The position numbers and the translations under genes are program-made. 64,000 nt of DNA, taken from positions 424,201 through 488,200 of the forward strand of contig NC_092670.1 of assembly GCF_964355755.1 (NCBI RefSeq), written 5' to 3'. Within the stretch, counting starts at the first letter, position 1; every line of letters starts with the position of its first letter. The notes below the pieces were generated by a model. It did not search any database and was not told where the DNA came from. It saw only the letters and a program-made list of their open reading frames with translations. Below, one piece after another: positions 38,428 to 50,963 of this stretch. This stretch comes from Antedon mediterranea (Eukaryota > Animalia > Echinodermata).

Positions 38428-38570
38428 AGCTCTATCTATCTGTCCACACTATCAAAGATTATGTGACAAAAAGAATGTGATGTGCCCATATATGGACATG
38501 GTGATGATATCGCTACCATATTTGAGCACACATTTTTTTGTCAAAATAGTTTAATAGTGTAGACAGAGTT
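38428..38570. mobile_element. MITE (agctctgtctacac family) between the convergent Amun-like and EIF3D 3' ends
   Basis: tctgtccacactatcaaa...tgtgatgtgcccatatatggacatg...tagtgtagacagag. Confidence 0.7.
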
Positions 38571-38640
38571 TAAATAAAGTATACTTCAATTAATTAAGAG
38601 TGGAATTGTTGGGATATGTGACAAATAGAAATATTAGTGA

Positions 38641-41600
38641 TTATTCATCATCGCCATCATCCTCATTTTCGTCATCACCATCCTCGTCTTCTTCATCAGA
38701 ACTGAATGTACTGTCTGGGATGTTGTAGATTCGAATCATTGGCTGAAAAAGAACAAAATGTTGTCAACGAATGTCATTGGAATACAACTTTGAAAACTAT
38801 CTATCTATCCACTATAATGATAATAATAATGCGACATTTATATAGCGTTATTTTGTAAAGATCAGAGTGCTTTGAGTGTTTGTTGATTATTATCTAGACT
38901 CTGAGGAGCAGGAAATAAGCTAACCAAAGACAACCCAATAATGATGGTTGTAATTTTTGACTAACCTTATTAGGATCTTTAAGAATGAGATATTTGCCTT
39001 CATCCAGCTTAAAACAGAGATCTATAATACACCTCAATATCCCCCAAGCGTTGTCCATGTTTAAGTTGATCTGTGCTGCTAACTCACTTGGTTTGAACTG
39101 CTGTGAGCCTAGGATGACATGCTGAGACGAATCCTTGGGATTGACACGTGAAACATACCTTCACAGGTAACAAATATGACAGCATTATTAAGTGTTTATG
39201 CACGATACTGCAATGGTACTTATGTACAGTATGTGTTTATTTTTTCCACCCACATATTTTAATGACTACCAGATCAGTTGCAACATAATGATGTTTAGAA
39301 AGTAATAAATATTTATCTCAGATATAATAGTATCCACATATTAACTTTAAGACAGGGATAACAAATAACATCATTGATAACAATTTATTGATTTGACACA
39401 GAAGCCATCAACATCTTCAAATGCTGCTTCATTTCTGTTTTTTTTTATACCCAGAATACCAAATACTGCACCATACTTACCCAAATTTGATATAGTCAGA
39501 GCCAGCCATAAGAGCACACATTGTCCACTTGGCCAGCTTAAAGCTGTTGTTCTTTACTTCAGTAGCTAGCACTGCACCTCGCTGACTATCTAGTTTCTGA
39601 CGCCACTCAGCTGCAGCTGTTGCCTGGTAACAAGAACGCAATCAATTGTTTAAGTTTAAATCAGCAGTTACATGAACACTGTTACACAGTTACATAGACA
39701 GTGATAGCCAGTGGAGTAGTAGACTCAGGCCCTGTTCAGACCCATGGCGTTAGACCGTTTTAGCGTACAACGTTACTATCAAGGTCACGTTACAAACCGC
39801 AGAGAAAAAAACGAGGTGTTCAGACCCATAGCGTACGATTATCGTTACAACGGAAGTACGTCATCCAAGTTGTTTCTAGTTGCATATTCATGTGCTCTTA
39901 CCCACGTGTTTTCATCATTATTTCCACTGTATACAGGCCTAGATCTCAGCCCTACAATTATGACAAAATTTGCCGTAAATAAAACATACCTCAGCATTTA
40001 TTTAAGAAAAATATAGTAAAGCCAAATTTCTGTTTCTATTGTTTTTATTTTGTAGTAAAAAACATTTTCCCCAGGCTCTTGTGTTACGAAAATAAAGCAG
40101 GCCTCGTAATGATGAAGAAAAAAATGATTGTGATTAGTCTATCCAGTCCAGTCAAAGATTATATATTCTTTGGTCCAGTCGGTTGAAAATAACCCTTAAC
40201 TTGTTAATAAAAGGGAAACAGCTCCCCTTGTTTGTTTACTGATTTTTTTAGGAGTTAGGGGGTTTTCAGCATTAAACTTGTCCAGTCTAGTCTGCCTTGT
40301 ATGAATGAGTGACTTGATGTCCCAGGCTAGTTTTTAGCTTGAATGAAATGCGTGAATGGCTCTAGGCCTAGCTAGGCCTAAAAGCGGATGGGATCGTAGT
40401 CCCTATGTTTAAATACAAGGTGCATGTATTTATGTCATTTGTTAGAAAATATAATGGTAATCAGTTGATAATAGTTTGTAGCCTTTGTAACAGTTGTATT
40501 TGTAGTGTAGTTAGGCCTTATTTATTCTGGCCTTTTTGTTATTGAAATCCATCTCACACATTGACGATACAAGATGTCAGCCTAGGTCAAACCTTGTTTC
40601 GCGTCATAACAGGAAACGTTCTGATTGGATACAACGTTGACTTACAGTAGCATCGTACGCTAAAACGGTACTATCAACCGTTTTCCACTACAACGCTACA
40701 ACCGTTGTACAACGCGTTGTACGCTAATCCCCAACTGTTCAGACACACATTCTTTTAGCGTCGTACGCTAAAACGGTCTAACGCCATGGGTCTGAACAGG
40801 GCCTTAAACTATACATAGACAGCGATAGCCAGTGTAGTAGTAGACTTCAACTATACATAGAGAGCGAGAGCCAGTGGAGTATTAGACTTCAACTATACAT
40901 AGACAGCGATAGCCAGTGGAGTATTAGACTTAAACTATACATAGACAGCGATAGCCAGTGGAGTAGTAGACTTCAACTATACATAGACAGCGAGAGCCAG
41001 TGGAGTATTAGACTTCAACTATACATAGACAGCGATAGCCAGTGGAGTATTAGACTTCAACTATACATAGACAGCGATAGCCAGTGGAGTATTAGACTTC
41101 AACTATACATAGACAGCGATAGCCAGTGGAGTATTAGACTTCAACTATACATAGACAGCGATAGCCAGTGGAGTATTAGACTTCAACTATACATAGACAG
41201 TGAGAGCCAGTGGAGTATTAGACTTCAACTATACATAGACAGCGAGAGCCAGTGGAGTATTAGACTTCAACTATACATAGACAGTGAGAGCCAGTGGAGT
41301 ATTAGACTTCAACTATACATAGACAGCGAGAGCCAGTGGAGTATTAGACTTCAACTATACATAGACAGCGATAGCCAGTGGAGTATTAGACTTCAACTAT
41401 ACATAGACAGCGATAGCCAGTGGAGTATTAGACTTCAACTATACATAGACAGTGAGAGCCAGTGGAGTATTAGACTTCAACTATACATAGACAGCGAGAG
41501 CCAGTGGAGTATTAGACTTCAACTATACATAGACAGCGATAGCCAGTGGAGTATTAGACTTCAACTATACATAGACAGCGATAGCCAGTGGAGTATTAGA

Positions 41601-44600
41601 CTTCAACTATACATAGACAGCGATAGCCAGTGGAGTATTAGACTTCAACTATACATAGACAGCGATAGCCAGTGGAGTAGTAGACTTCAACTATACATAG
41701 ACAGCGATAGCCAGTGGAGTATTAGACTTCAACTATACATAGACAGCGAGAGCCAGTGGAGTATTAGACTTCAACTATACATAGACAGCGATAGCCAGTG
41801 GAGTAGTAGACTTCAACTATACATAGACAGCGAGAGCCAGTGGAGTATTAGACTTAAACTATACATAGACAGCGATAGCCAGTGGAGTATTAGACTTCAA
41901 CTATACATAGACAGTGAGAGCCAGTGGAGTATTAGACTTAAACTATACATAGACAGTGAGAGCCAGTGGAGTATTAGACTTCAACTATACATAGACAGCG
42001 AGAGCCAGTGGAGTAGTAGACTTCAACTATACATAGACAGCGATAGCCAGTGGAGTAGTAGACTTCAACTATACATAGACAGTGATAGCCAGTGGAGTAG
42101 TAGACTTCAACTATACATAGACAGCGATAGCCAGTGGAGTATTAGACTTCAACTATACATAGACAGCGATAGCCAGTGGAGTAGTAGACTTCAACTATAC
42201 ATAGACAGCGATAGCCAGTGGAGTATTAGACTTCAACTATACATAGACAGCGAGAGCCAGTGGAGTATTAGACTTCAACTATACATAGACAGCGATAGCC
42301 AGTGGAGTAGTAGACTTCAACTATACATAGACAGCGAGAGCCAGTGGAGTATTAGACTTAAACTATACATAGACAGCGATAGCCAGTGGAGTATTAGACT
42401 TCAACTATACATAGACAGTGAGAGCCAGTGGAGTATTAGACTTAAACTATACATAGACAGTGAGAGCCAGTGGAGTATTAGACTTCAACTATACATAGAC
42501 AGCGAGAGCCAGTGGAGTAGTAGACTTCAACTATACATAGACAGCGATAGCCAGTGGAGTAGTAGACTTCAACTATACATAGACAGTGATAGCCAGTGGA
42601 GTAGTAGACTTCAACTATACATAGACAGTGATAGCCAGTGGAGTAGTAGACTTCAACTATACATAGACAGCGATAGCCAGTGGAGTAGTAGACTTCAACT
42701 ATACATAGACAGTGATAGCCAGTGGAGTAGTAGACTTCAACTATACATAGACAGTGATAGCCAGTGGAGTAGTAGACTTCAACTATACATAGACAGCGAT
42801 AGCCAGTGGAGTAGTAGACTTCAACTATACATAGACAGTGATAGCCAGTGGAGTAGTAGACTTCAACTATACATAGACAGCGATAGCCAGTGGAGTAGTA
42901 GACTTCAACTATACATAGACAGTGATAGCCAGTGGAGTAGTAGACTTCAACTATACATAGACAGCGATAGCCAGTGGAGTATTAGACTTCAACTATACAT
43001 AGACAGCGATAGCCAGTGGAGTATTAGACTTCAACTATACATAGACAGCGATAGCCAGTGGAGTATTAGACTTCAACTATACATAGACAGCGATAGCCAG
43101 TGGAGTATTAGACTTCAACTATACATAGACAGCGATAGCCAGTGGAGTATTAGACTTCAACTATACATAGACAGTGAGAGCCAGTGGAGTATTAGACTTC
43201 AACTATACATAGACAGCGAGAGCCAGTGGAGTATTAGACTTCAACTATACATAGACAGTGAGAGCCAGTGGAGTATTAGACTTCAACTATACATAGACAG
43301 CGAGAGCCAGTGGAGTATTAGACTTCAACTATACATAGACAGCGATAGCCAGTGGAGTATTAGACTTCAACTATACATAGACAGCGATAGCCAGTGGAGT
43401 ATTAGACTTCAACTATACATAGACAGTGAGAGCCAGTGGAGTATTAGACTTCAACTATACATAGACAGCGAGAGCCAGTGGAGTATTAGACTTCAACTAT
43501 ACATAGACAGCGATAGCCAGTGGAGTATTAGACTTCAACTATACATAGACAGCGATAGCCAGTGGAGTATTAGACTTCAACTATACATAGACAGCGATAG
43601 CCAGTGGAGTATTAGACTTCAACTATACATAGACAGCGATAGCCAGTGGAGTAGTAGACTTCAACTATACATAGACAGCGATAGCCAGTGGAGTATTAGA
43701 CTTCAACTATACATAGACAGCGAGAGCCAGTGGAGTATTAGACTTCAACTATACATAGACAGCGATAGCCAGTGGAGTAGTAGACTTCAACTATACATAG
43801 ACAGCGAGAGCCAGTGGAGTATTAGACTTAAACTATACATAGACAGCGATAGCCAGTGGAGTATTAGACTTCAACTATACATAGACAGTGAGAGCCAGTG
43901 GAGTATTAGACTTAAACTATACATAGACAGTGAGAGCCAGTGGAGTATTAGACTTCAACTATACATAGACAGCGAGAGCCAGTGGAGTAGTAGACTTCAA
44001 CTATACATAGACAGCGATAGCCAGTGGAGTAGTAGACTTCAACTATACATAGACAGTGATAGCCAGTGGAGTAGTAGACTTCAACTATACATAGACAGCG
44101 ATAGCCAGTGGAGTATTAGACTTCAACTATACATAGACAGCGATAGCCAGTGGAGTAGTAGACTTCAACTATACATAGACAGCGATAGCCAGTGGAGTAT
44201 TAGACTTCAACTATACATAGACAGCGAGAGCCAGTGGAGTATTAGACTTCAACTATACATAGACAGCGATAGCCAGTGGAGTAGTAGACTTCAACTATAC
44301 ATAGACAGCGAGAGCCAGTGGAGTATTAGACTTAAACTATACATAGACAGCGATAGCCAGTGGAGTATTAGACTTCAACTATACATAGACAGTGAGAGCC
44401 AGTGGAGTATTAGACTTAAACTATACATAGACAGTGAGAGCCAGTGGAGTATTAGACTTCAACTATACATAGACAGCGAGAGCCAGTGGAGTAGTAGACT
44501 TCAACTATACATAGACAGCGATAGCCAGTGGAGTAGTAGACTTCAACTATACATAGACAGTGATAGCCAGTGGAGTAGTAGACTTCAACTATACATAGAC

Positions 44601-47600
44601 AGCGATAGCCAGTGGAGTAGTAGACTTCAACTATACATAGACAGTGATAGTAGACTTCAACTATGAAGTTTGCTCCTAAATGGAAGAAGAACGGTGTAAA
44701 CAATGTGGCAGAAAATTCTAACCTTAGTGTCCCATTCATTAAGAGTCTTGATATTGATAAAGTTAGTCTCCCCAGACGAACCAATCAGCACGGCATCATG
44801 TTCACACCTGACTATGAGGTCAATGTCATCTCCTAGCTCCCACTTACGATACCTAGAAACAAAATACCAGAATTTTATAGCAGTTATTAAAGAGAACATA
44901 AAAGAAAAACTTTCAAAAGACATGAACAGCAAATTAAAAAAATACAATGTTTAATTGAATAAACTAAGGACATTTAGCTTATTGTGTAACATTCAGTTTT
45001 ATTATCTCAGATATTTAGTGTCCACATAATCATTTAAGACAGGGATAACAAATAACATCATAGATAAGAATTGATAACAAATAACATCATAGATAAGAAT
45101 TGATAACAAATAACATCATAGATAAGAATTGATGACAAATAACATCATAGATAAGAATTGAAAACAAATAACATCATAGATAAGAATTGATAACAAATAA
45201 CATCATAGATAAGAATTGATAACAAATAACATCATAGATAAGAATTGATAACAAATAACATCATAGATAAGAATTGATAACAAATAACATCATAGATAAG
45301 AATTGATAACAAATAACATCATAGATAAGAATTGATAACAAATAACATCATAGATAAGAATTGAAAACAAATAACATCATAGATAAGAATTGATAACAAA
45401 TAACATCATAGATAAGAATTGATAACAAATAACATCATAGATAAGAATTGAAAACAAATAACATCATAGATGAGAATTTATCTTGTTTTTTTCTATGTTA
45501 AAGACACACACTATCTTATAACCCAACAACATACCTGTAGGCAACAGAAGCTACTTCTCCTTCATCGTCATCGGTGATGAATGGATTTGGTTTATCGAAC
45601 TTGAATTTTTTTTCCGTTCCCTAAAACAATAAAAAAAAATTTTTTTAAAGGACAAATTTATGAGTAACACTCTAAAATAGACCATTAGTATGCATCAATG
45701 TGCTGTTGGCCGATATGATTCAGATTCCTTTTATTATATAATTATAATGCAAATTACAGTGGCTTGCCTTAAATAAATATAAAGGGGGAAAAAATTATTT
45801 TGTTATAATATATAATACAGTAGTCAAGATTCAGCATTTATTGTCCACAACTTTGTTTTCAGACAGGGATAACAAATATCATCATACTCTTAACTGTTAC
45901 ATTAGGAAAAAAAACATGGTGATTTGATTTGATCAATTCAAGTAGAAATTGTATACAATTGTCTGGTGTGCAATGAGCATGTATCTATATGTCTGGTATT
46001 ACATACCACACCTAGAACTTGGTTCCATTTCTGGTGTAAAACGTTGTTTTGATTCATTCTTAGTTTGACTGTTCCTATTGTTATTTCTGATACTTATACC
46101 TTAACAACTGTGATTACTAATTACATTATTGAATATAGTGTTTACCTTTAAACATTGTTGAGAAAAGTTATGATTTATAAAAGTTGCTTCAAGCGCTAAG
46201 TTGCGTGGAGCATTTGTGTGAACTCCCTCTTCTTGTGGTGGTGTCAATGCTGTCTCATTCACAGTAAGTAAGTCTACATAAAATACAAAACAAGTCTGAT
46301 TACCATTGTAACATAACTAAATAACTTTCCAAGAAGTTACATACATTTTATTTTTAATACCGTAGGCTTATTTATATTAAACAAAATTATGTTCTTACCA
46401 AATTCTGAATTGTCTCTCTTGTCAAAGAAAAGTTTGTCACCAACACGCTATAAAAATAAAACAAAAAAAGTGTTTCAGTAATAGTGCGGTTGGTCTCAAG
46501 AACTTAAACACTATTCTTTAGTAATAGTGTAAAACACTGTGCTTTAGGTATAATGGAGTTGAGGTACAGAGTAGTTTCAGAATGTTACTGTCTACAGTTT
46601 TTTTGTTTTCAGACAGGGATAACAATACTCATCATGTAATCTACTGTTACATTTACAATATTTATGTTTTTTTGTCTCTATTACATTAGAAAATGGAAAA
46701 CCTCTACCAGTATATCAAAAATAATGTGAAATAGCCTTTAAGAAGTCTTAATGAACCTAAGTCAATATTTTCCAATTATATGTCAACAGCGCCACAATGA
46801 TTCATAAAATAGATTTTTGTAGTAAGAAAGTAAAAGGCATTTGGTTATTTTTGTTTTACTTACTTGTACAACAATATCCCATGAGTAGTTGGATCTGGTA
46901 CTACACATCATGGTAGCCAAGATGATGTCGGTTGCAAAAACATTTCCTTGTGGTACAAGCTAAAAACAAACATGACAAACGTTGAAGAAAACTCATATAA
47001 TGTAAATTAACATATTCAAAGTAGAAATCAACATATTCAAAGTAGAAATTAGCATATTCAAAGCATAAATTAACATAGTACAGTAATCAGGTGTATAGTT
47101 TCCACATCTCTTTGTTAAGACAGGGATAACAAGTAATCATCACATTATGTACTGCTTCAGTTAGTTAGTAAAAATAGAATTTAAATTATTTTTGTATGAA
47201 AAAAATAAAAGTATACCTTTCTAATAAGAGGGTCATCTGTTGTAGTGACCTTGTGAAAGATCCGATTGACCCTGGCTAAACGCTTTTCATTCTTGGTTGT
47301 GATACGATCGTATGCTTTATCATACTGCTCCACCTCGCCACAAGTAATGCTGAAAAAATGTGCTTTGAATTATTATTTGGAAAATACTGCATTTATACAA
47401 CATTTAATTCAATTCAATAGTAGAACATATTACAGTAATCAGGTGTATAGTTTCCACATCTCTTTGTTAAGACAGGGATAACAAGTAATCATCACATTAT
47501 GTACTGTTTCAGTATTACCTAGGTTGCTTCTAATTCTATAGTTTATTGCTGCAGTTGCTTACATGTCTTTTGGACTGGAAACATCTGGAAGCCGAAGCTT

Positions 47601-49132
47601 ACTGAGGCGAGGGAAGTCCATTTCTTCAACAACTTGCCATTCATTGCGAACTTGCACAGAAGCATCTCTGGTCTTAACTTGATTTTGTTGTTGCTTAAAT
47701 AATAAATAAAAATACAATTATTTATTGTTATTATTTACCTGTACATCTTTTTTTCCCCTGCAAATACTAAGTACAGTTAAAAAAATTACAAACTTATATA
47801 TTATTAACTTACATAACGATTACGGTTCCATCTTGATTTGCCAAATTGCTTCTGCAGACGTCGCATTTGTCGTTGTCGTTCTTTCTGTGCTTTTGTCAAA
47901 GACTGTGGATTGCTAGTGTCTTTCTGTTCTCTGCGTTCTCTTTCACGCCTCAAGTTACGCTGAAAAATATTTAAAAAGATAAGAAACAATCTGCTAAATG
48001 AGACTGAGCAGAAGAAAATATTTAGTTGTGTTTTTACAGCTCAGTAAACTCTCATAAAGTTTGAATACCTGATTAAACTTAAGTCTGTTCCTAAGATAGA
48101 TAGGTTTCTGTATCTTGGACGAGTCAACAAGCTGGAAACTAGACTCATCTTGCTCATGGTAGTACGAGTACTGAGTTCCTGAACCAAACTGTGTTTGGTA
48201 GCGACCTGAAACATGACAGAAATGGTTGGTATAAAAACTTTAATTTGGCCATAGCATAGGCAAGCAGACAATTTCTTTGAGTGAGAATGAGATTTATAAT
48301 AAAGTATCCGTGAATTATAATAATGTACATTTTAGCCTCTTTAATACATGGCCCAGTCAAAATGCCTTTCTTTCCTTTTTGTTTGTATACATGTTAATCC
48401 TTTTCCAGCGCTGGTTGGAATATAAATCTGGCATAACAAAAATGCTAATAAAATTACCTAAATATCTCTTATCTGTATATGTGGCACCAGTCCAGTCAGA
48501 TACCTGCAAAACAAATACAAATTTAAGATGAATTTATGTTAATTATCAAATTATTTCATGTATCTAAATCTATCAATTTACTTTTAGAAATAGAATATTG
48601 CAAAATATGCCTATCTAGAAATAGGCTAGATAGAGATATGCATTTGTAACCTGCTCTAAAAACAATTATATTATTTTCAATAGCGCCTAAGTAAGGGGGA
48701 AACGCTACTAGCCTAGTTTACTATAATACCCTACTACTACTACTAGAATATAGCATATACTCTTGTCAGGCTATTTATTTTTAGCAATAATTAGGCCTAC
48801 TAGTAGTACTAGTAGTCAGGCAGGCCTATTTTAGTATTAAATTATTATTATTAAAATATTAATAACGGCCTAGAATTAATCTTAATTTCAAGGCCTAACT
48901 AAACAGCCAGATTCAATTTTCTATCACAAATTCACACACGGCCACGGGTCGGTATTCCACTGGCACTCAGCACGTCAGCACTGGTCACACGGCGCGGAGA
49001 ACTTACCTTTCCCAGACGGTCGCCTTTTGAAAAGGGTTGATATGGAATATCTTTGAACTGATCTGGTAAAGTACAGGGTCCCCAGCCATCTGGGTTCTCT
49101 TGGATTGTGGGTGGCACAAAACTAATACTCAT
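38641..49132 (-). CDS. EIF3D: Eukaryotic translation initiation factor 3 subunit D
   Basis: [19 protein letters not shown]...[21 protein letters not shown]; [22 protein letters not shown]; [15 protein letters not shown]; [19 protein letters not shown]; [13 protein letters not shown]; acidic tail, stop at 38641-38643. About 14 GT-AG coding exons. Confidence 0.96.
39313..39380 (-). ncRNA. SNORD1: Box C/D snoRNA, snR38/SNORD1 family (copy 1)
   Basis: Minus strand: TTATC stem, C box ATGATGT, guide GTTATCCCTGT, D' CTTA, C'-like TGTGGA, D CTGA, GATAA stem. Intronic and sense to EIF3D. Confidence 0.78.
39728..40803. mobile_element. Non-autonomous PIF/Harbinger-like element (1076 bp)
   Basis: Perfect 41-bp TIR ggccctgttcagacccatggcgttagaccgttttagcgtac. 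3-bp flanks TCA/TTA (degenerate TWA TSD). Inserted after the first unit of the 42-bp satellite. Confidence 0.88.
40804..44663. repeat. 42-bp minisatellite, ~92 copies, in an EIF3D intron
   Basis: ttcaactatacatagacag(c/t)ga(t/g)agccagtggagta(t/g)tagac; one further unit lies left of the transposon at ~39690-39727. Confidence 0.95.
45002..45067 (-). ncRNA. SNORD1: Box C/D snoRNA, snR38/SNORD1 family (copy 2)
   Basis: TTATC stem, ATGATGT, guide GTTATCCCTGT + CTTA, TGTGGA, CTGA, GATAA. Confidence 0.75.
45044..45478. repeat. 29-bp array (~15 copies) derived from the 5' end of snoRNA copy 2
   Basis: (gataacaaataacatcatagataagaatt)n = 5' stem + C box + half of the guide on the minus strand. Confidence 0.9.
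45826..45891 (-). ncRNA. SNORD1: Box C/D snoRNA, snR38/SNORD1 family (copy 3)
   Basis: Canonical ATGATGA, guide GTTATCCCTGT + CTGA (D'), TGTGGA, CTGA; AAGA/TCTT terminal stem. Confidence 0.85.
46571..46644 (-). ncRNA. SNORD1: Box C/D snoRNA, snR38/SNORD1 family (copy 4)
   Basis: ATGATGA, GTTATCCCTGT + CTGA, TGTAGA, CTGA; GTAG/CTAC stem. Confidence 0.85.
47078..47153 (-). ncRNA. SNORD1: Box C/D snoRNA, snR38/SNORD1 family (copy 5)
   Basis: GTGATGA, GTTATCCCTGT + CTTA, TGTGGA, CTGA; AGTACA/TGTACT stem. Confidence 0.82.
47432..47503 (-). ncRNA. SNORD1: Box C/D snoRNA, snR38/SNORD1 family (copy 6)
   Basis: Identical to copy 5 over ~75 nt, in the adjacent intron. Confidence 0.82.
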
Positions 49133-49210
49133 TTTAATGTATTTACCACAAAAATATTGATTTAAAATACGCCTTAAACAGGCAGCATGCCGTATGCTAC
49201 TCAGAAATCC

Positions 49211-49225
49211 GAGAGAGAGAGAAAA
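49211..49225 (-). promoter_or_regulatory. Pyrimidine tract, candidate TCT/5'TOP start site of EIF3D
   Basis: Minus strand ttttctctctctctc ~80-90 nt upstream of the ATG. 5'TOP starts are typical of translation-factor and snoRNA host genes. Confidence 0.45.
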
Positions 49226-50963
49226 TCATACGGTGGATTGAGCAAAGTAAAAACTAATGAGTTTTATGATAATACAATCGTGATAGACCGCAAGCATTCT
49301 TTTCTTTAGTACATGCGTTGTCTGCTGCAGCGCAAAAGTGCGGCAAATAATGAGGGCGTACTGACAATTTGAGTTGAGCTATAAAATAAATAATTACTAC
49401 CTCAGTGAAACTGTTTTAATTAGTACGGAAAGACGCTAATGATATTAGTATAATAAATAGCTATATAATTTAATGAAAAAAAGGACAGAAGTTTCGGCAA
49501 CCAATCATTAAACTGTTTTTTTTGTAATTAAATTTAGTATTATAAACGCTCTTTTTAAAAAGTTAATTCATTGTCATCATCATCCATCATGATCAAGCTC
49601 GGTCACTTAATTAATTTAATAAATTCTTGAAGTAGTGTTTGTATATTATAATAGTGGTTTTTGTTGAAATATATATGCTAGTCTAAATTTACTAAATAGT
49701 GGAAACTTATACCGCCAATTGTTTTTAGTACCATTGTTAGTAGGACGTGATCACTATAATTAGCTAATAGATAACTAATTGGTCCTCTCACCATGATTTT
49801 TTTTATGATTGTTGTTACACAATGCTTTTTATTTCTTTTCATTTTTATTATTTGTATTTATTGTCTGAAATAAAATTTGAATTGAATTGACACAGGGCCT
49901 CAGAGCAATTCAAGGCACAATTAAAAAAAGAAATTTTTTTTTTTCATACGCATACTAACTTGCCAATTACAGGATGGATACATCCTTTAAATCCTTTAGT
50001 GTGCTGTACACTTAAAATATAGTATATTTTAGACATAAAATAAGTCAATTTTAAGTGATTGATGATTATCAATTATATTAATTAATTATAAAAAAATGAT
50101 GGAATAGATAAGAAAACAAAAAAGTCCAATGTATTATTTAGATGAGGGCAGTATTTATCACTTCCTGTTGTTTGTCTGTGAGAACTCGAGCGAGTATGAT
50201 GTTTGCTCTGTGAGTCATCTCCTCCTTATTTTTCAATGAATGAATTTATATTTTTCCGAATGACTAATTTGTTACTCGTACATTGTTAAAGAATCTGCAA
50301 TGCTTGGTGAGTATGATTTCGACATTAGATCATTATTTTACATTTCATTTAATGGTGCATTTGCTAGGCCAAACGAACCCGCCCTCTCCTCTGGATCATC
50401 GGCAGGACTCAACTCGTTCTCTCCAGTTAATTCTATAGTAGCCCTTTTATTGTCTCCGTGCCTCCCACCCCACCCAGAGATGGATGGGTGCACATATACG
50501 TAGCCTACTAGATATGTTGTATAGGCTAGCCTAGGCCTATGTTTACTTATGATAAGACGTAGACGACCTATTGTAAGTACGTAGTATTTTTAGCCCGGGC
50601 CTACTAATTTCAAATAAATAAACCTGCTAAACTATTTGGGACACAGTCAACAACCGTACTGTTCATTCATGTAATATTAATTATAGTTTTCTATGATTTC
50701 ACTGTGCTTTTGTAAATTAAGAATTAATGTATTATTTCATTGAATCAACACTGGGCCACTGTCATCTTCCTTACTAATCTATGGTTTGTGGTAATTCGTA
50801 AATTCAGTTATTGAACTGTCACAATATTATATTGTTTATCCAACCAGTAATCATTTATTACTCATTTTGTGTGATTCATTTGAATTTTTCAGATTTTCAC
50901 AGAAGTATATATTAGAACCAGTAAATTCGGATTATTTTAAGTTTGAAAGAATTGTTTTAAATC

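Noticed and set aside
40804-44663. CRISPR-like appearance of regular short repeats (also 27312-28027 and 13053-14816)
   Set aside because: Head-to-tail units with no unique spacers, no cas genes, eukaryotic intronic context.
45955-46050. Hairpin ending in ACA on the EIF3D sense strand (also ~39190-39300), possible H/ACA snoRNAs
   Set aside because: No convincing two-hairpin/H-box architecture or target, and both introns already host a C/D snoRNA.
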